This document shows, in pieces, positions 51,301 through 60,329 of a stretch of DNA of 64,000 bases; position 1 is the first letter of the stretch, and every line of letters starts with the position of its first letter. The position numbers were made by a program, and so were the translations under genes. The notes under the pieces are model-generated. The model did no database searches. It was not told the DNA's origin and worked only from the letters and a program-made list of their open reading frames with translations. Source of the DNA: a virus; the IMG/VR virus record IMGVR_UViG_3300042475_004859, positions 3,147 to 67,146 of that record, one strand, 5' to 3'.

Positions 51301-53586
51301 AATTGCGCCTCTTACACGGGTATAATATGTAGTGCCAGGAATAAGATTGTTTATAAAAAGATTCGTATTTGTAATTTTATAATCTTTAAAGATATCTACA
51401 AAATTTGAAAAACCAGAATTTGTAGAAACATCTACTAAATAATAATTTACATTACTAACAGGTGGCCAAGAAAAATTAAAACTGTTACTACTGATATTCG
51501 AAAAATTAAAATTTGAAATGTTATTTGTATATGTATAAAAATTTTTAATAGTATATTCACTTTCAGGATAGTTATCTTTATTTGCACATGATTTAACTCT
51601 TAAATAATATAAAGATCCTGCTGATAATCCTGTTATCGGATATGTAAGACTTTGAGAAGCGTAAAGTCCACTTATAACCCTATTTTGATAATCTCCCACA
51701 AAAGAATTAAAGTTAGCATTTTCAGAAACATCTAATTTATAAGTCAATAAATTATTATTATTGAGACAGTAATCGTTTTTAGGAAACACAATGCTAATAC
51801 CCGAGTTAGATATTGAATTTATTGATAAATTATTTGGTGGTAATGGTGTGGGTGTAACTATTAAAGTATTAGAAACATAATTTTTTAAATTTGTTGATAT
51901 TACATTTGCTTTTATATAATAAGTTTCTCCTAGACGTACTCTTTTAAAACTATATGAATTAAATCCTATTCTATAAATACCAGTTCCATTTAATAAAGCC
52001 GATCTTTCTAATAAAGACTTACTTGTTTCAGATATAGATCCATTAAAACCCATACTTGCTGTTGTTGAGCACACTGGAGAAACATTACTTAAATTAAAAC
52101 CGTTAAAATTAGAATAATTTGAAATATTTAAATTTACATCTTTAATGTTTGCTAAATCATTCCAAGAGACTTTTATTTCGTTTTCGTTTGCATAAGCTAA
52201 ACTTAAAATAGGATTATAAGTTAAAGTAAACTGTAAAATTGAAGAATAATCACTACTTATAGATTTTGTGTTAGCTTTGACCCTTATATAATAATTAGTA
52301 TTATTAGTAGCATTATTTACTATAATATTATTAGATATAACATTTTTATTTTCCCACCCTACGAGATAATCTGTAAAACTAGAATCTTTAGCAATATCAA
52401 TATTATAACTAACAGCTTGTGGAACAGGAATCCAATTTAAATTAAAACTCGTGCCCTCATTGATAGTATATGATATTTGACTTGGCGGATTTGGTTTTGT
52501 TAAAAATACTGTCGTTCCATATTCGCTATCTGAATTATTTTTGTTCGCTTTTATACGAACATAATAATTAGTACCGACCTCTAAAGAATTAACATTTTCA
52601 GTTGTTGAGTTAATAATTTTATTTTGATAGCCTGGAATAATATCTGTAAAAGTAGAATTTTTTGATATATCTAATGTATAATTAACGGCACCATTAATAC
52701 TATCCCAACTTATGCTACAAGTAGATGTTTCTATATTAGATACTGAAATAGTTGGGGTTCCTAAAGTTAGAGTTACATCAAATACATATGAATTAATACT
52801 AGATCCAGAACTATTCGCAGATCTTATTCTAATATAATAAGTTCTATCGCTATTCCAAAAATCATTGGTGACACCACCCAAATTCACTGTATTTAAAAAA
52901 GTTTCTTGATTTTGGGTATTCGGTCCAAATGTTAAAAAATTTGGATCTGATGAAATATCATAAAAATATTTTGTAGCACCGGGAGCTCTAGACCAAAACA
53001 ATGTTAAACTATTTTGAGTTATATTCAAGGCCTGTATATTATTAGGAGGCTCAGGAATTGTTACTTTAGAAAAAATAGCCGAATTAATACTACTTTTATT
53101 ATTTATGTTTACAGATCTAATTCTTACAAAATATGTACCCCCTGGCACTAAATTTGTGATAATAGCGCTATTAGAAATGACACTCTTGTTTTGGTTATCA
53201 TTTACAAAATTTGTGAAATTAGAATTCGTAGAAATATCTAATTGATAACTTGCAGCTCCAATCATTACTGGCCAATCAATTTTAAAACTATCATTTGTAA
53301 TGTTTGAAAAACTAATATTATTTGGAGGGTTTGCTAATGTAGACCTTATTACAGTATTAGAATTTGGTCCTTGACCTACAGAATTTACAGACCTAACACG
53401 AATATAATAAGTTGTTCCGACAGATAGTCCAGTGATTGTTATTTCATTTATCGTTACAACTCTATTACGGTAAGAAAAAACAAAATTAGTAAAGTTTGGA
53501 TTTATAGCTACGTCTATTCTATATTCCAAAGCTTCTGGAACAGCGTTCCATTTAACTTTTATACTATTTGTTGTAACATTTCCCAT
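48388..53586 (-). CDS. fibronectin type III repeat protein (about 15 FN3 domains)
   Basis: Recurring W..V..A..Y.LD(V/I)S.N.NF...Y.NK...L..GTTYY.R(V/I)R. Confidence 0.85.
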   Translation of the reverse strand: MGNVTTNSIKVKWNAVPEALEYRIDVAINPNFTNFVFSYRNRVVTINEITITGLSVGTTYYIRVRSVNSVGQGPNSNTVIRSTLANPPNNISFSNITNDSFKIDWPVMIGAASYQLDISTNSNFTNFVNDNQNKSVISNSAIITNLVPGGTYFVRIRSVNINNKSSINSAIFSKVTIPEPPNNIQALNITQNSLTLFWSRAPGATKYFYDISSDPNFLTFGPNTQNQETFLNTVNLGGVTNDFWNSDRTYYIRIRSANSSGSSINSYVFDVTLTLGTPTISVSNIETSTCSISWDSINGAVNYTLDISKNSTFTDIIPGYQNKIINSTTENVNSLEVGTNYYVRIKANKNNSDSEYGTTVFLTKPNPPSQISYTINEGTSFNLNWIPVPQAVSYNIDIAKDSSFTDYLVGWENKNVISNNIIVNNATNNTNYYIRVKANTKSISSDYSSILQFTLTYNPILSLAYANENEIKVSWNDLANIKDVNLNISNYSNFNGFNLSNVSPVCSTTASMGFNGSISETSKSLLERSALLNGTGIYRIGFNSYSFKRVRLGETYYIKANVISTNLKNYVSNTLIVTPTPLPPNNLSINSISNSGISIVFPKNDYCLNNNNLLTYKLDVSENANFNSFVGDYQNRVISGLYASQSLTYPITGLSAGSLYYLRVKSCANKDNYPESEYTIKNFYTYTNNISNFNFSNISSNSFNFSWPPVSNVNYYLVDVSTNSGFSNFVDIFKDYKITNTNLFINNLIPGTTYYTRVRGAIDNLNISPYSEKFQIKTSPINLGYVTFSNIQHQSFQTNWANTFGATYYILDVSTGSNFIDYVNNYQNKIVTGYSNIVSGLFPSTNYYVRIRTANEYSVNETFSPTQLVRTLDLRPPTQINISNITLNSFQINWTGINEATGYRLDISSNSSFINYLTGYENKLANANYQENIVNLENDKTYYIRFRSIDSRNTSINSPIISAKTLKLFSSSSSSSSSNVLQPPNNLSVSDINPTTFSLQWSFVQNAIEYRIDISENINFTNFIPGYLNKEVKITNEFVTGLKPGTVYYVRIRALNNNGSSLNSNILTIKTASVSIVGPFVTNIGQESFTVNFYANPAYTIYTVELSTNPSFTNSSSYKRYLSTLNEVLISQTAELRITPGTTYYLRIGYGNTLNNFQFISSTCTFTSLPQNLFTNQTSTSNITENSVTINWNFIQGANNYKLSIGRSSLNNNIFDYISGYENKSIQSNIEIVNNLNPSTLYFFKVVPENNFGQSNGYIKYFYTLPSVLKNIESSRPTSSSIGISFKNSRDQYYITEDYSTYITSGLYYLVDVSTNSNFANFIYKDYEFVKGDYNKNGSILIPNLQENTTYYIRFKSMIKAWHSPIYYWASNRTWPSSQVVYPYKSDRACGGYYPGNSGFVSDLPSVSSLTKCVYPYFSNPNGQSTFVLSSGINNTYSSGFIFTTKSKCLPLNGLKSGNSNGSISYGPTTPLFIRAISGSSAIMSNTAFYDEIYSPRNNGCGLQLTTYSQSGIFKENDIVIFYNNINENILNINSGYRIEIIENNFPQTILIKEMTAQPVIEKPGHAIFTNISTNKAFINWARIENSRYTPVVYIPNPRSSLASVPEDLITLDRSERLRTPIPGMFYYINEKTTNYILDVSTNSNFLNFIPGYNNKIINFQDLISNPTGYWTLEQYQEIEWGLKWNRNRAIIMSGIFITGLSANTTYYTRLRSINQNLNGVSDYVTGYFTTI

Positions 53587-53591
53587 AAATT

Positions 53592-55253
53592 TTATTCCTC
53601 TTCAATAGTTGGGGGTGAAACAAAAATAGTTTGTATGAGAGTAGGTGTATTTGGGCTTATTCCTAAAGAATTTTGAGATCTTATTCTTATATAATATGTA
53701 TTTCCATCATTTAAATTTTCTATGTTTTCGCTATTAGTAAAAATTAGCTTGTTTTCGTAACCAGAAAGATAATTAGAAAAATTAGTATTTTCTGAAATAT
53801 CTAGCCTATAATTTTCAGCACTGTTAACAATATCCCATGTTAATGTGAAACTTTTATCTGTTAAATTTGTTATGACTACATTCGTTGGCGGAGTAGGTAT
53901 ACTAGTAACAACACTCGACGAACTACTCGACGAACTACTCGACGAGCTACTCGACGAGCTACTCGACGAGCTACTCGACGAGCTACTCGACGAGCTACTC
54001 GAAGAAATTAAATCACCAGCATACAAATTAAAAGTTTGCTCAAAAGCAGTAGATTCTTGATAAGTATTTTTATTTATAACAATTCCTTTAAAAATAAAAT
54101 TAATTACAGTTTGCCCATTATCTATTACTTCTAATATTCCATACTGCATCGCTGAACCCGTTCCGGAGTCATCCATAATTGGTCCAATAGTATAAGGACC
54201 ACCTTTTGCTCTAATTTCTTGATCTAAAGGGGCCGCATGACACACTTTTAAATTACCATAGTTATTAAAACTAGACCCGTCATCAAAAGCAAGCGCATGC
54301 ATATCTCCAGAAAGAATTACTATACGATTATTTAGATTATTATTATTGATAAAATCAACAATCTCCATTCTCGCAGCATGATAACCACCCCAATCATCTT
54401 TCCCATTTTCGACGGCAGAAATCCAAGGTTTTGTGTTTACCCAAACTATAATTTGATTACTATTTTTTGCAGATAACATTTCAGAAAAAAACCAGTTTTT
54501 CTGATTTGATGAAAATACCTCTTGTCTAATATCTGTAGATGGAAAAGTATTTTTTGGCTCTCTTTCGCTTCTAATATCTGTAAAAATAAAACGAACACGA
54601 CCACGAACAAAACTATAATACGGGGCACTTAAACTTGCCGTATTCGCTAATAAATGTTTATATGGAACCCTATTTCTAAATGCAGCAACAGCAGCATTCC
54701 TTGATGGATTATTTTTATCTGTGTCATTTGGTCCATAATCATGATCATCCCACATATAATACATTGGTAAATTTTTCCAGCAATTATTTTGGCGCGGGGC
54801 GCTAAAAACTTTATTATATGCGTCATGAAATAAAGGTTCTATATTGACAGAGATATCGCTATAGTGCATATCCCCTAAATGAATAAAAAAATCTAAAGTA
54901 TTGTTTATGGCTTTATTCGCAATATTATCATATATAATAGCATTTGATCCAGATATTTGATTTGACCAAGAACAAGAACCAAAACCAAATTTAAAATTAT
55001 GATGCCCAACTTGTGAAGTTTTAAAACTGCCAGTAAAATTGTCAATTGGTATATAGTTAGAATTTACTAATCTAACATAATATTTAGTGTCAGGTAAAAG
55101 ACTATTATTACTAAATTTTATTAAATTATAATCAGAAATTATTTCTGATGGGAGTGATTCAGAATTTATGCTAGCAAAATTTTGACCAGTAGAGAATTGA
55201 GCTATATAGCCTGACTCAGGTCCAGTCATTTTAAATGTAATATTTGCTTTCAT
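53592..55253 (-). CDS. phoD: PhoD-family alkaline phosphatase/phosphodiesterase fused via poly-Ser to an FN3 domain
   Basis: FGFGSC, HLGDMHYSD, WDDHDYGPND, DIRSER, LSGDMH. Confidence 0.85.
   Translation of the reverse strand: MKANITFKMTGPESGYIAQFSTGQNFASINSESLPSEIISDYNLIKFSNNSLLPDTKYYVRLVNSNYIPIDNFTGSFKTSQVGHHNFKFGFGSCSWSNQISGSNAIIYDNIANKAINNTLDFFIHLGDMHYSDISVNIEPLFHDAYNKVFSAPRQNNCWKNLPMYYMWDDHDYGPNDTDKNNPSRNAAVAAFRNRVPYKHLLANTASLSAPYYSFVRGRVRFIFTDIRSEREPKNTFPSTDIRQEVFSSNQKNWFFSEMLSAKNSNQIIVWVNTKPWISAVENGKDDWGGYHAARMEIVDFINNNNLNNRIVILSGDMHALAFDDGSSFNNYGNLKVCHAAPLDQEIRAKGGPYTIGPIMDDSGTGSAMQYGILEVIDNGQTVINFIFKGIVINKNTYQESTAFEQTFNLYAGDLISSSSSSSSSSSSSSSSSSSSSSSSSSSSSSSVVTSIPTPPTNVVITNLTDKSFTLTWDIVNSAENYRLDISENTNFSNYLSGYENKLIFTNSENIENLNDGNTYYIRIRSQNSLGISPNTPTLIQTIFVSPPTIEEE
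53913..54005 (-). repeat. 12-nt repeat encoding about 31 Ser, same unit as 44615-44812
   Basis: ctactcgacgag units on the + strand. Confidence 0.92.
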
Positions 55254-55257
55254 AATT

Positions 55258-58200
55258 TTAATCTACACTTATCCATATTGATTCCGTTTGGGTCAAGAGA
55301 CTCGAAGAGCTTGAAGAACTCGAAGAGCTCGAAGATCCGCCTAAAACACCAGTAATTACACATAAATCAGCAACCATATTTCCTCCGTAACTTTGAATAC
55401 CAATCTTTAAAGAGTCCCCTGGCATAAGGGTTTGTGAGTATGGGGTTATTGTATGGGCCCCATTCTTTGGAGTAGTATAATTGCAACCACCAGGCCAGAA
55501 TGGATATTTGCCATCTTCATAAATCTGATCATTAAATAATACATCGTCATCTACCCCACCAGACACATAAATTGTAATCGGGAAAGTATTGGTATTTGTA
55601 TAAGTTTTAATTGGATTCATTGTCGCACAACTGCCAAAATGCGTTTGATATATGAATAAGTTTTCACCATTATTATCAGCACATTTCGGGAATGAAGACG
55701 AAGAAGAACTGCATAATCCACTATTCATAATTATACCACTATTTACATAAAACCATTTAGGTTTAGCTCCAAAAATGTGACCATTCAATTCTGCGTAATA
55801 TCCATCTTCAGCCGGATTTAAATATTTATCTTTATATAAAGGACAATCAATATTTAATCCACAATATTTATTTCTATAATAACGACGAATAGTTCTTGAA
55901 GAACACGATTCGTCTTTATAACATGAAAATCTTAGTGGAGTTAATGACGTCGGATTTGGTATTATTTTAACAAAATTAGAAGTATATCCAGATAAAAAGC
56001 CGGTATACATAAAATCAGAATCTTTTCTAGGCCAGGAGCCGAAACAGTCAAAAAAGCAGTTTCTGTCGCTTGGATCACCAGAAACATAATATGTTGGTTT
56101 GATAACACTAAATTTTATATATGTAGAATCGCAAGGGTCAAAAAAGAAAGTGGGTGATCTTATAACTTCAATACATGGTGGAATCCCAGTATTATATAAA
56201 ATATTATCTAAAGTTTTTAAACTTTCTTGCCATCCGGCAAATTGGGTGTCATTAGCTATTTCATGATAATCTGGAATAATAATTGGAATAAGAGATTTTT
56301 TAATACCAGAAAAATTTAAATAAACATTATCGCTATTAAATAATTCTTCAACAATTTGATTCTTAATACGAAAATAATTTTTACCGAAAGGTAAATAACC
56401 AGTCAAAATTTTATTATTTAATAAAACTGGATCATTAATACTATTAACTATATAACCAGAGACTTCTATTCCAGAGCTGTCAAACAAACCAAAAGCCGTC
56501 CAATTTCCATTTTCTTCCGAAGCTGTTTCCCAGTATATGTTTGTATTATAAACGAAGCCACTTAATTTAATATAAAAAGGGTTATCTGGATTTAATTTTA
56601 TTTTATCCAAATTTGGATAATACCCATTTGATTCTGGTGATAAATTATTATACACAACCAGCTCATCTTGGTAAAAATATTCTGTTAAGACATTCCCATT
56701 TATATCGACTTCTTCTTCACAGTCGTATGTTTGAACAGGATTGCCTTTAGTATCTAAAACTGGGTTTCCTTCCTCATCAAAACTATTAACTAATCTTAAT
56801 GGAAGCTTTGGTATAGTAATAAAACCACCATATTCGTCCAAAACTGGATCCCCATTTTCATTTCGTAAAACTTTACATTTTTTCTGTTTCTTAAATTCTG
56901 GTCTTCCTAAGAAATCCGTCCGTTGCTTGTATAATAAATTACCACTAATATCTGTTTTGTGAACTTTATAATCATCAAAATCACCGACTTTTTCTTTTTT
57001 ACTTAACTGTGTTCCAATATAATTTGCAGACCCCTTTTCTTTTCCAGGTGCAAAAGGTAATTGGAATAAATTATTAAAGTATCCATCTCCAGATATAGTA
57101 TAACCTAGTCTTGAGATACGAGTTCTCCCTCCAATGGGATAGCCAGAAAAGATAAAAATAAAACCAGATTTTAACTGAAACTCGCTACTTTCATATTGCC
57201 ATTCAACCCCACTTAATAAAGGAGATACTGCAAAAGCATCTTTAGCGAATCTATATAATCTTGGGTCATATGGTTTTCCTACAATAGGTATTTGCCTAAC
57301 AGCTGGTGGGGTGCCACTAATTTCAAAAACACCGGGAAATTTTAATAAATCTTCTGCGCAAAAATCTTGAAAAGTAATTTCTTTTTTTAAACCCGTTACT
57401 ATATATCCAGAAGTAGGTATTTTTTTAACGCTCATGGTTCTTGGGTTAAAAGCCTCTTCGTCTAACAAATTTAAAAATTCTTCACCGCTTATATGTCCTG
57501 CCCATGGTTTTGTGATTGTCCAGGAACCAGGTTCAAAAAATTGTGCAAAATCACCTAATATTTTTCCACTTATTCGACTTGGTACTCCGATGGCAGTGGC
57601 AAACCCAAAAACATCAAAAAATCCTGTCACACGACCCGTTACCGCTAACAGAGGTGATTTTAAATTTATAGTACTTAATTCTTCTGATTTGTAATCAGCA
57701 TATATAACACCAGTATATTTAATAAACTGAGTGTCGATTCCAGTTACAAAACCTGTAATAGTAGATCTTCCTGCGTTTTCTGAACCTATAGTACTACAAA
57801 TACTTAATTCGGGTCTATATTTACATAATATATTTAAAGTACTGTCACTTAAAACCGTAGATCTTCTTAATATGCCTTCAGTATCATATTCCCAACCATA
57901 ATAATCATCTCTTTTAAAACCAGTTCCTACGCCAGAATAATAACCTGTTAAAAATCCACCTAAATACGTAACAGTTCCTTTATACTCAACATCCTTAACA
58001 AAAGATTTGGCGCTTATATCTGAAAATAAATCGGCGTCACCAATACCAGTTAATGTAAAATCATATTTAAAAGAAACAAAACCTGGTGGATAATAACGAT
58101 ATAAATTAAAATAATATCCAGATGTAATACCTATAGTTGTAGAATCATGGGATGTAAACAAGCTACCATTGTTTAAAACTAAATCAATAGTATTATTTTC

Positions 58201-60309
58201 TATATAATTTGATAAATTATACTGGTTATAATTTCCAGTATATAAACTTATTTTGTTTAAATTTTGATCGGTAATGATTAAAGAGGACTCATTATCATTG
58301 ATAGTAAATTTAGAATAATTTGTTCCTGTATAATTAACATTTTGAGTTTCAACCCATAGATTATCTATGTATTTATAAATAGATAAAACATTTTCTTGAT
58401 TAAAATCTTTTTGAAAAACTCCCAATATTGTGCAATTCTTATTTGTATAAAAATACCGATTACCAGTATTAAGAGTATTAATAGTTTGTTTTAAAATCCA
58501 TTCGCCCTCCTGTTCTTGAAAAACATGAATCAAATTTGTATAGTTATTGTAACTATTTGTAAATAATTTGTTACCGCTATTATTTGTATAAATAAATTCT
58601 CCGAAATTTTTCAAACTTTCCCCAGAATAATATAACTCTCCAGTAATTTTTTTTTCAAATTTATAATTTTCAAACAATCCACTTTTTATAGAATTTAAAC
58701 TTGTTGTATAAAGGCTGACAGATCCATGATCCGACACACCTAGCGACGGAGATAAATAAGAATCATTAATAGCGCTAATAAATAATCTATTTCCAGATGA
58801 ATTTGTTGTTATATCATAACCAAAACAGTACCCACTAATATTAAAAGAATAAAAGTTTTCACCACTATATTGAATTTCTTGTTTAAATTTGAAACTTTTT
58901 TCTAAACCAGACTTTATGTAATAAAATACAGAGCCATAAAGATTGTTATTAATATTATCTTTTTCACCAATAGACCCTATAAATAATTTATTATCAGAAT
59001 TTAAAGATAAAGAAAATCCGAAATAGTTTTCGGCACTTCCGGTATTAGGGTTATCAATTTTTTGAGATAATCTATAACCATTAATAGTATCTCCATTAAA
59101 TATATTAACTGACCCATTATACAATAATTTGTTCGAATCTTTTGGAGCCCCAACAAATATGTTTTCGTCACTAAAAATACTATCAAAACCAAAATCTGTA
59201 TTAACTCCACTCATCTCTAAAATTTGAAACAATTCTAAATTATTATTTATTTGTGGTTCTACTGTAATAAAATTTCTAGCCTCTCCATAACCAATGCCAG
59301 ATTCTAATTTATTATTAATCGGGTTAGCATAATTAATAAAACCGCTAATAGGTGCAGATAAATTTCCAGATCCAGTAATAAAACCTGAAACTACAATGTC
59401 TTTTATCATTGAATATTCATAATCATTAATTATAAAATCATCTTTTGTAAAAGTATTTCGTATAAATTTTTTAGGTTTATATTCTCCAGTTACTCCGCTA
59501 TAATGTTTAAATTCTATTACTAAACTAGTCCCCTTGATATTTAAATAATTTAATGAGTAATTTTGACTTGTGTTGTTTAAAATAGTATTAACTCTTGGAC
59601 CTACTGATAAATAGTATATAGAATCATCTATTTTAAATCCTGATAGGTTTAAATCAAAATTTAAAGATCCTATTTCTGAATACAAAACAATTGGAACTTG
59701 TTTAAAACCATTTAAGAATTTTGAGTTAATTAAATCAAATGATAGACTCCCACGAGATAAAACATTTACTTCTTCTGGGATTGAGAGTTTAAAAGAATTT
59801 TCTAAAGATTTGCCTGAATAAATTTTAAATGGAAAATCTCCTAAATTAAAAAGCGTTATCGGAATACTAATTTCTGAAGATTCGAAAGTTTTAGTATAAT
59901 CTATAAAATATTCTGGACGTTCGCCACGAATTTGTAAGCTTAAAAAATCGAACCCATTACCGTCCGATTTGAAAACAAAGCCATTAATTAAATTCTCTAC
60001 AAAATACTCTGGAATATTTTTTCCTATTAAAAGAGTTTTATTATTATTATATAAACTATAGTAATTTTGATTAATTTCTCCAGAAATATTAATTATAGAA
60101 TTTGAGGTGATACCATCTAAAAATTCTTGGTTATTAGAATAAATTTTTTTATTTCTAATATTAAAAACCTCTAAAAAATTTCCGCTAACCCCAGAAAAAG
60201 AGAATGTAAAGTTAGTATTTTTAGATGTGGGTATATCTTTTAACGATAAAACCCAAGAAAACTCTTCTTGGGGATATATCTCTCTATACCTTAAACCTGA
60301 AATTACCAT
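55258..60309 (-). CDS. large modular putative virion protein with FG-GAP-like repeats
   Basis: 1683 aa; IFVGAP..GSV blades; TG/SG-rich; C-terminal Cys modules flanked by Ser tracts. Confidence 0.65.
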   Translation of the reverse strand: MVISGLRYREIYPQEEFSWVLSLKDIPTSKNTNFTFSFSGVSGNFLEVFNIRNKKIYSNNQEFLDGITSNSIINISGEINQNYYSLYNNNKTLLIGKNIPEYFVENLINGFVFKSDGNGFDFLSLQIRGERPEYFIDYTKTFESSEISIPITLFNLGDFPFKIYSGKSLENSFKLSIPEEVNVLSRGSLSFDLINSKFLNGFKQVPIVLYSEIGSLNFDLNLSGFKIDDSIYYLSVGPRVNTILNNTSQNYSLNYLNIKGTSLVIEFKHYSGVTGEYKPKKFIRNTFTKDDFIINDYEYSMIKDIVVSGFITGSGNLSAPISGFINYANPINNKLESGIGYGEARNFITVEPQINNNLELFQILEMSGVNTDFGFDSIFSDENIFVGAPKDSNKLLYNGSVNIFNGDTINGYRLSQKIDNPNTGSAENYFGFSLSLNSDNKLFIGSIGEKDNINNNLYGSVFYYIKSGLEKSFKFKQEIQYSGENFYSFNISGYCFGYDITTNSSGNRLFISAINDSYLSPSLGVSDHGSVSLYTTSLNSIKSGLFENYKFEKKITGELYYSGESLKNFGEFIYTNNSGNKLFTNSYNNYTNLIHVFQEQEGEWILKQTINTLNTGNRYFYTNKNCTILGVFQKDFNQENVLSIYKYIDNLWVETQNVNYTGTNYSKFTINDNESSLIITDQNLNKISLYTGNYNQYNLSNYIENNTIDLVLNNGSLFTSHDSTTIGITSGYYFNLYRYYPPGFVSFKYDFTLTGIGDADLFSDISAKSFVKDVEYKGTVTYLGGFLTGYYSGVGTGFKRDDYYGWEYDTEGILRRSTVLSDSTLNILCKYRPELSICSTIGSENAGRSTITGFVTGIDTQFIKYTGVIYADYKSEELSTINLKSPLLAVTGRVTGFFDVFGFATAIGVPSRISGKILGDFAQFFEPGSWTITKPWAGHISGEEFLNLLDEEAFNPRTMSVKKIPTSGYIVTGLKKEITFQDFCAEDLLKFPGVFEISGTPPAVRQIPIVGKPYDPRLYRFAKDAFAVSPLLSGVEWQYESSEFQLKSGFIFIFSGYPIGGRTRISRLGYTISGDGYFNNLFQLPFAPGKEKGSANYIGTQLSKKEKVGDFDDYKVHKTDISGNLLYKQRTDFLGRPEFKKQKKCKVLRNENGDPVLDEYGGFITIPKLPLRLVNSFDEEGNPVLDTKGNPVQTYDCEEEVDINGNVLTEYFYQDELVVYNNLSPESNGYYPNLDKIKLNPDNPFYIKLSGFVYNTNIYWETASEENGNWTAFGLFDSSGIEVSGYIVNSINDPVLLNNKILTGYLPFGKNYFRIKNQIVEELFNSDNVYLNFSGIKKSLIPIIIPDYHEIANDTQFAGWQESLKTLDNILYNTGIPPCIEVIRSPTFFFDPCDSTYIKFSVIKPTYYVSGDPSDRNCFFDCFGSWPRKDSDFMYTGFLSGYTSNFVKIIPNPTSLTPLRFSCYKDESCSSRTIRRYYRNKYCGLNIDCPLYKDKYLNPAEDGYYAELNGHIFGAKPKWFYVNSGIIMNSGLCSSSSSSFPKCADNNGENLFIYQTHFGSCATMNPIKTYTNTNTFPITIYVSGGVDDDVLFNDQIYEDGKYPFWPGGCNYTTPKNGAHTITPYSQTLMPGDSLKIGIQSYGGNMVADLCVITGVLGGSSSSSSSSSSSSLLTQTESIWISVD

Positions 60310-60329
60310 TATTATTATTACACAAAATT

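Noticed and set aside
41445-54005. Tandem repeats as a possible CRISPR array
   Set aside because: Units are contiguous with no unique spacers and lie in frame within genes
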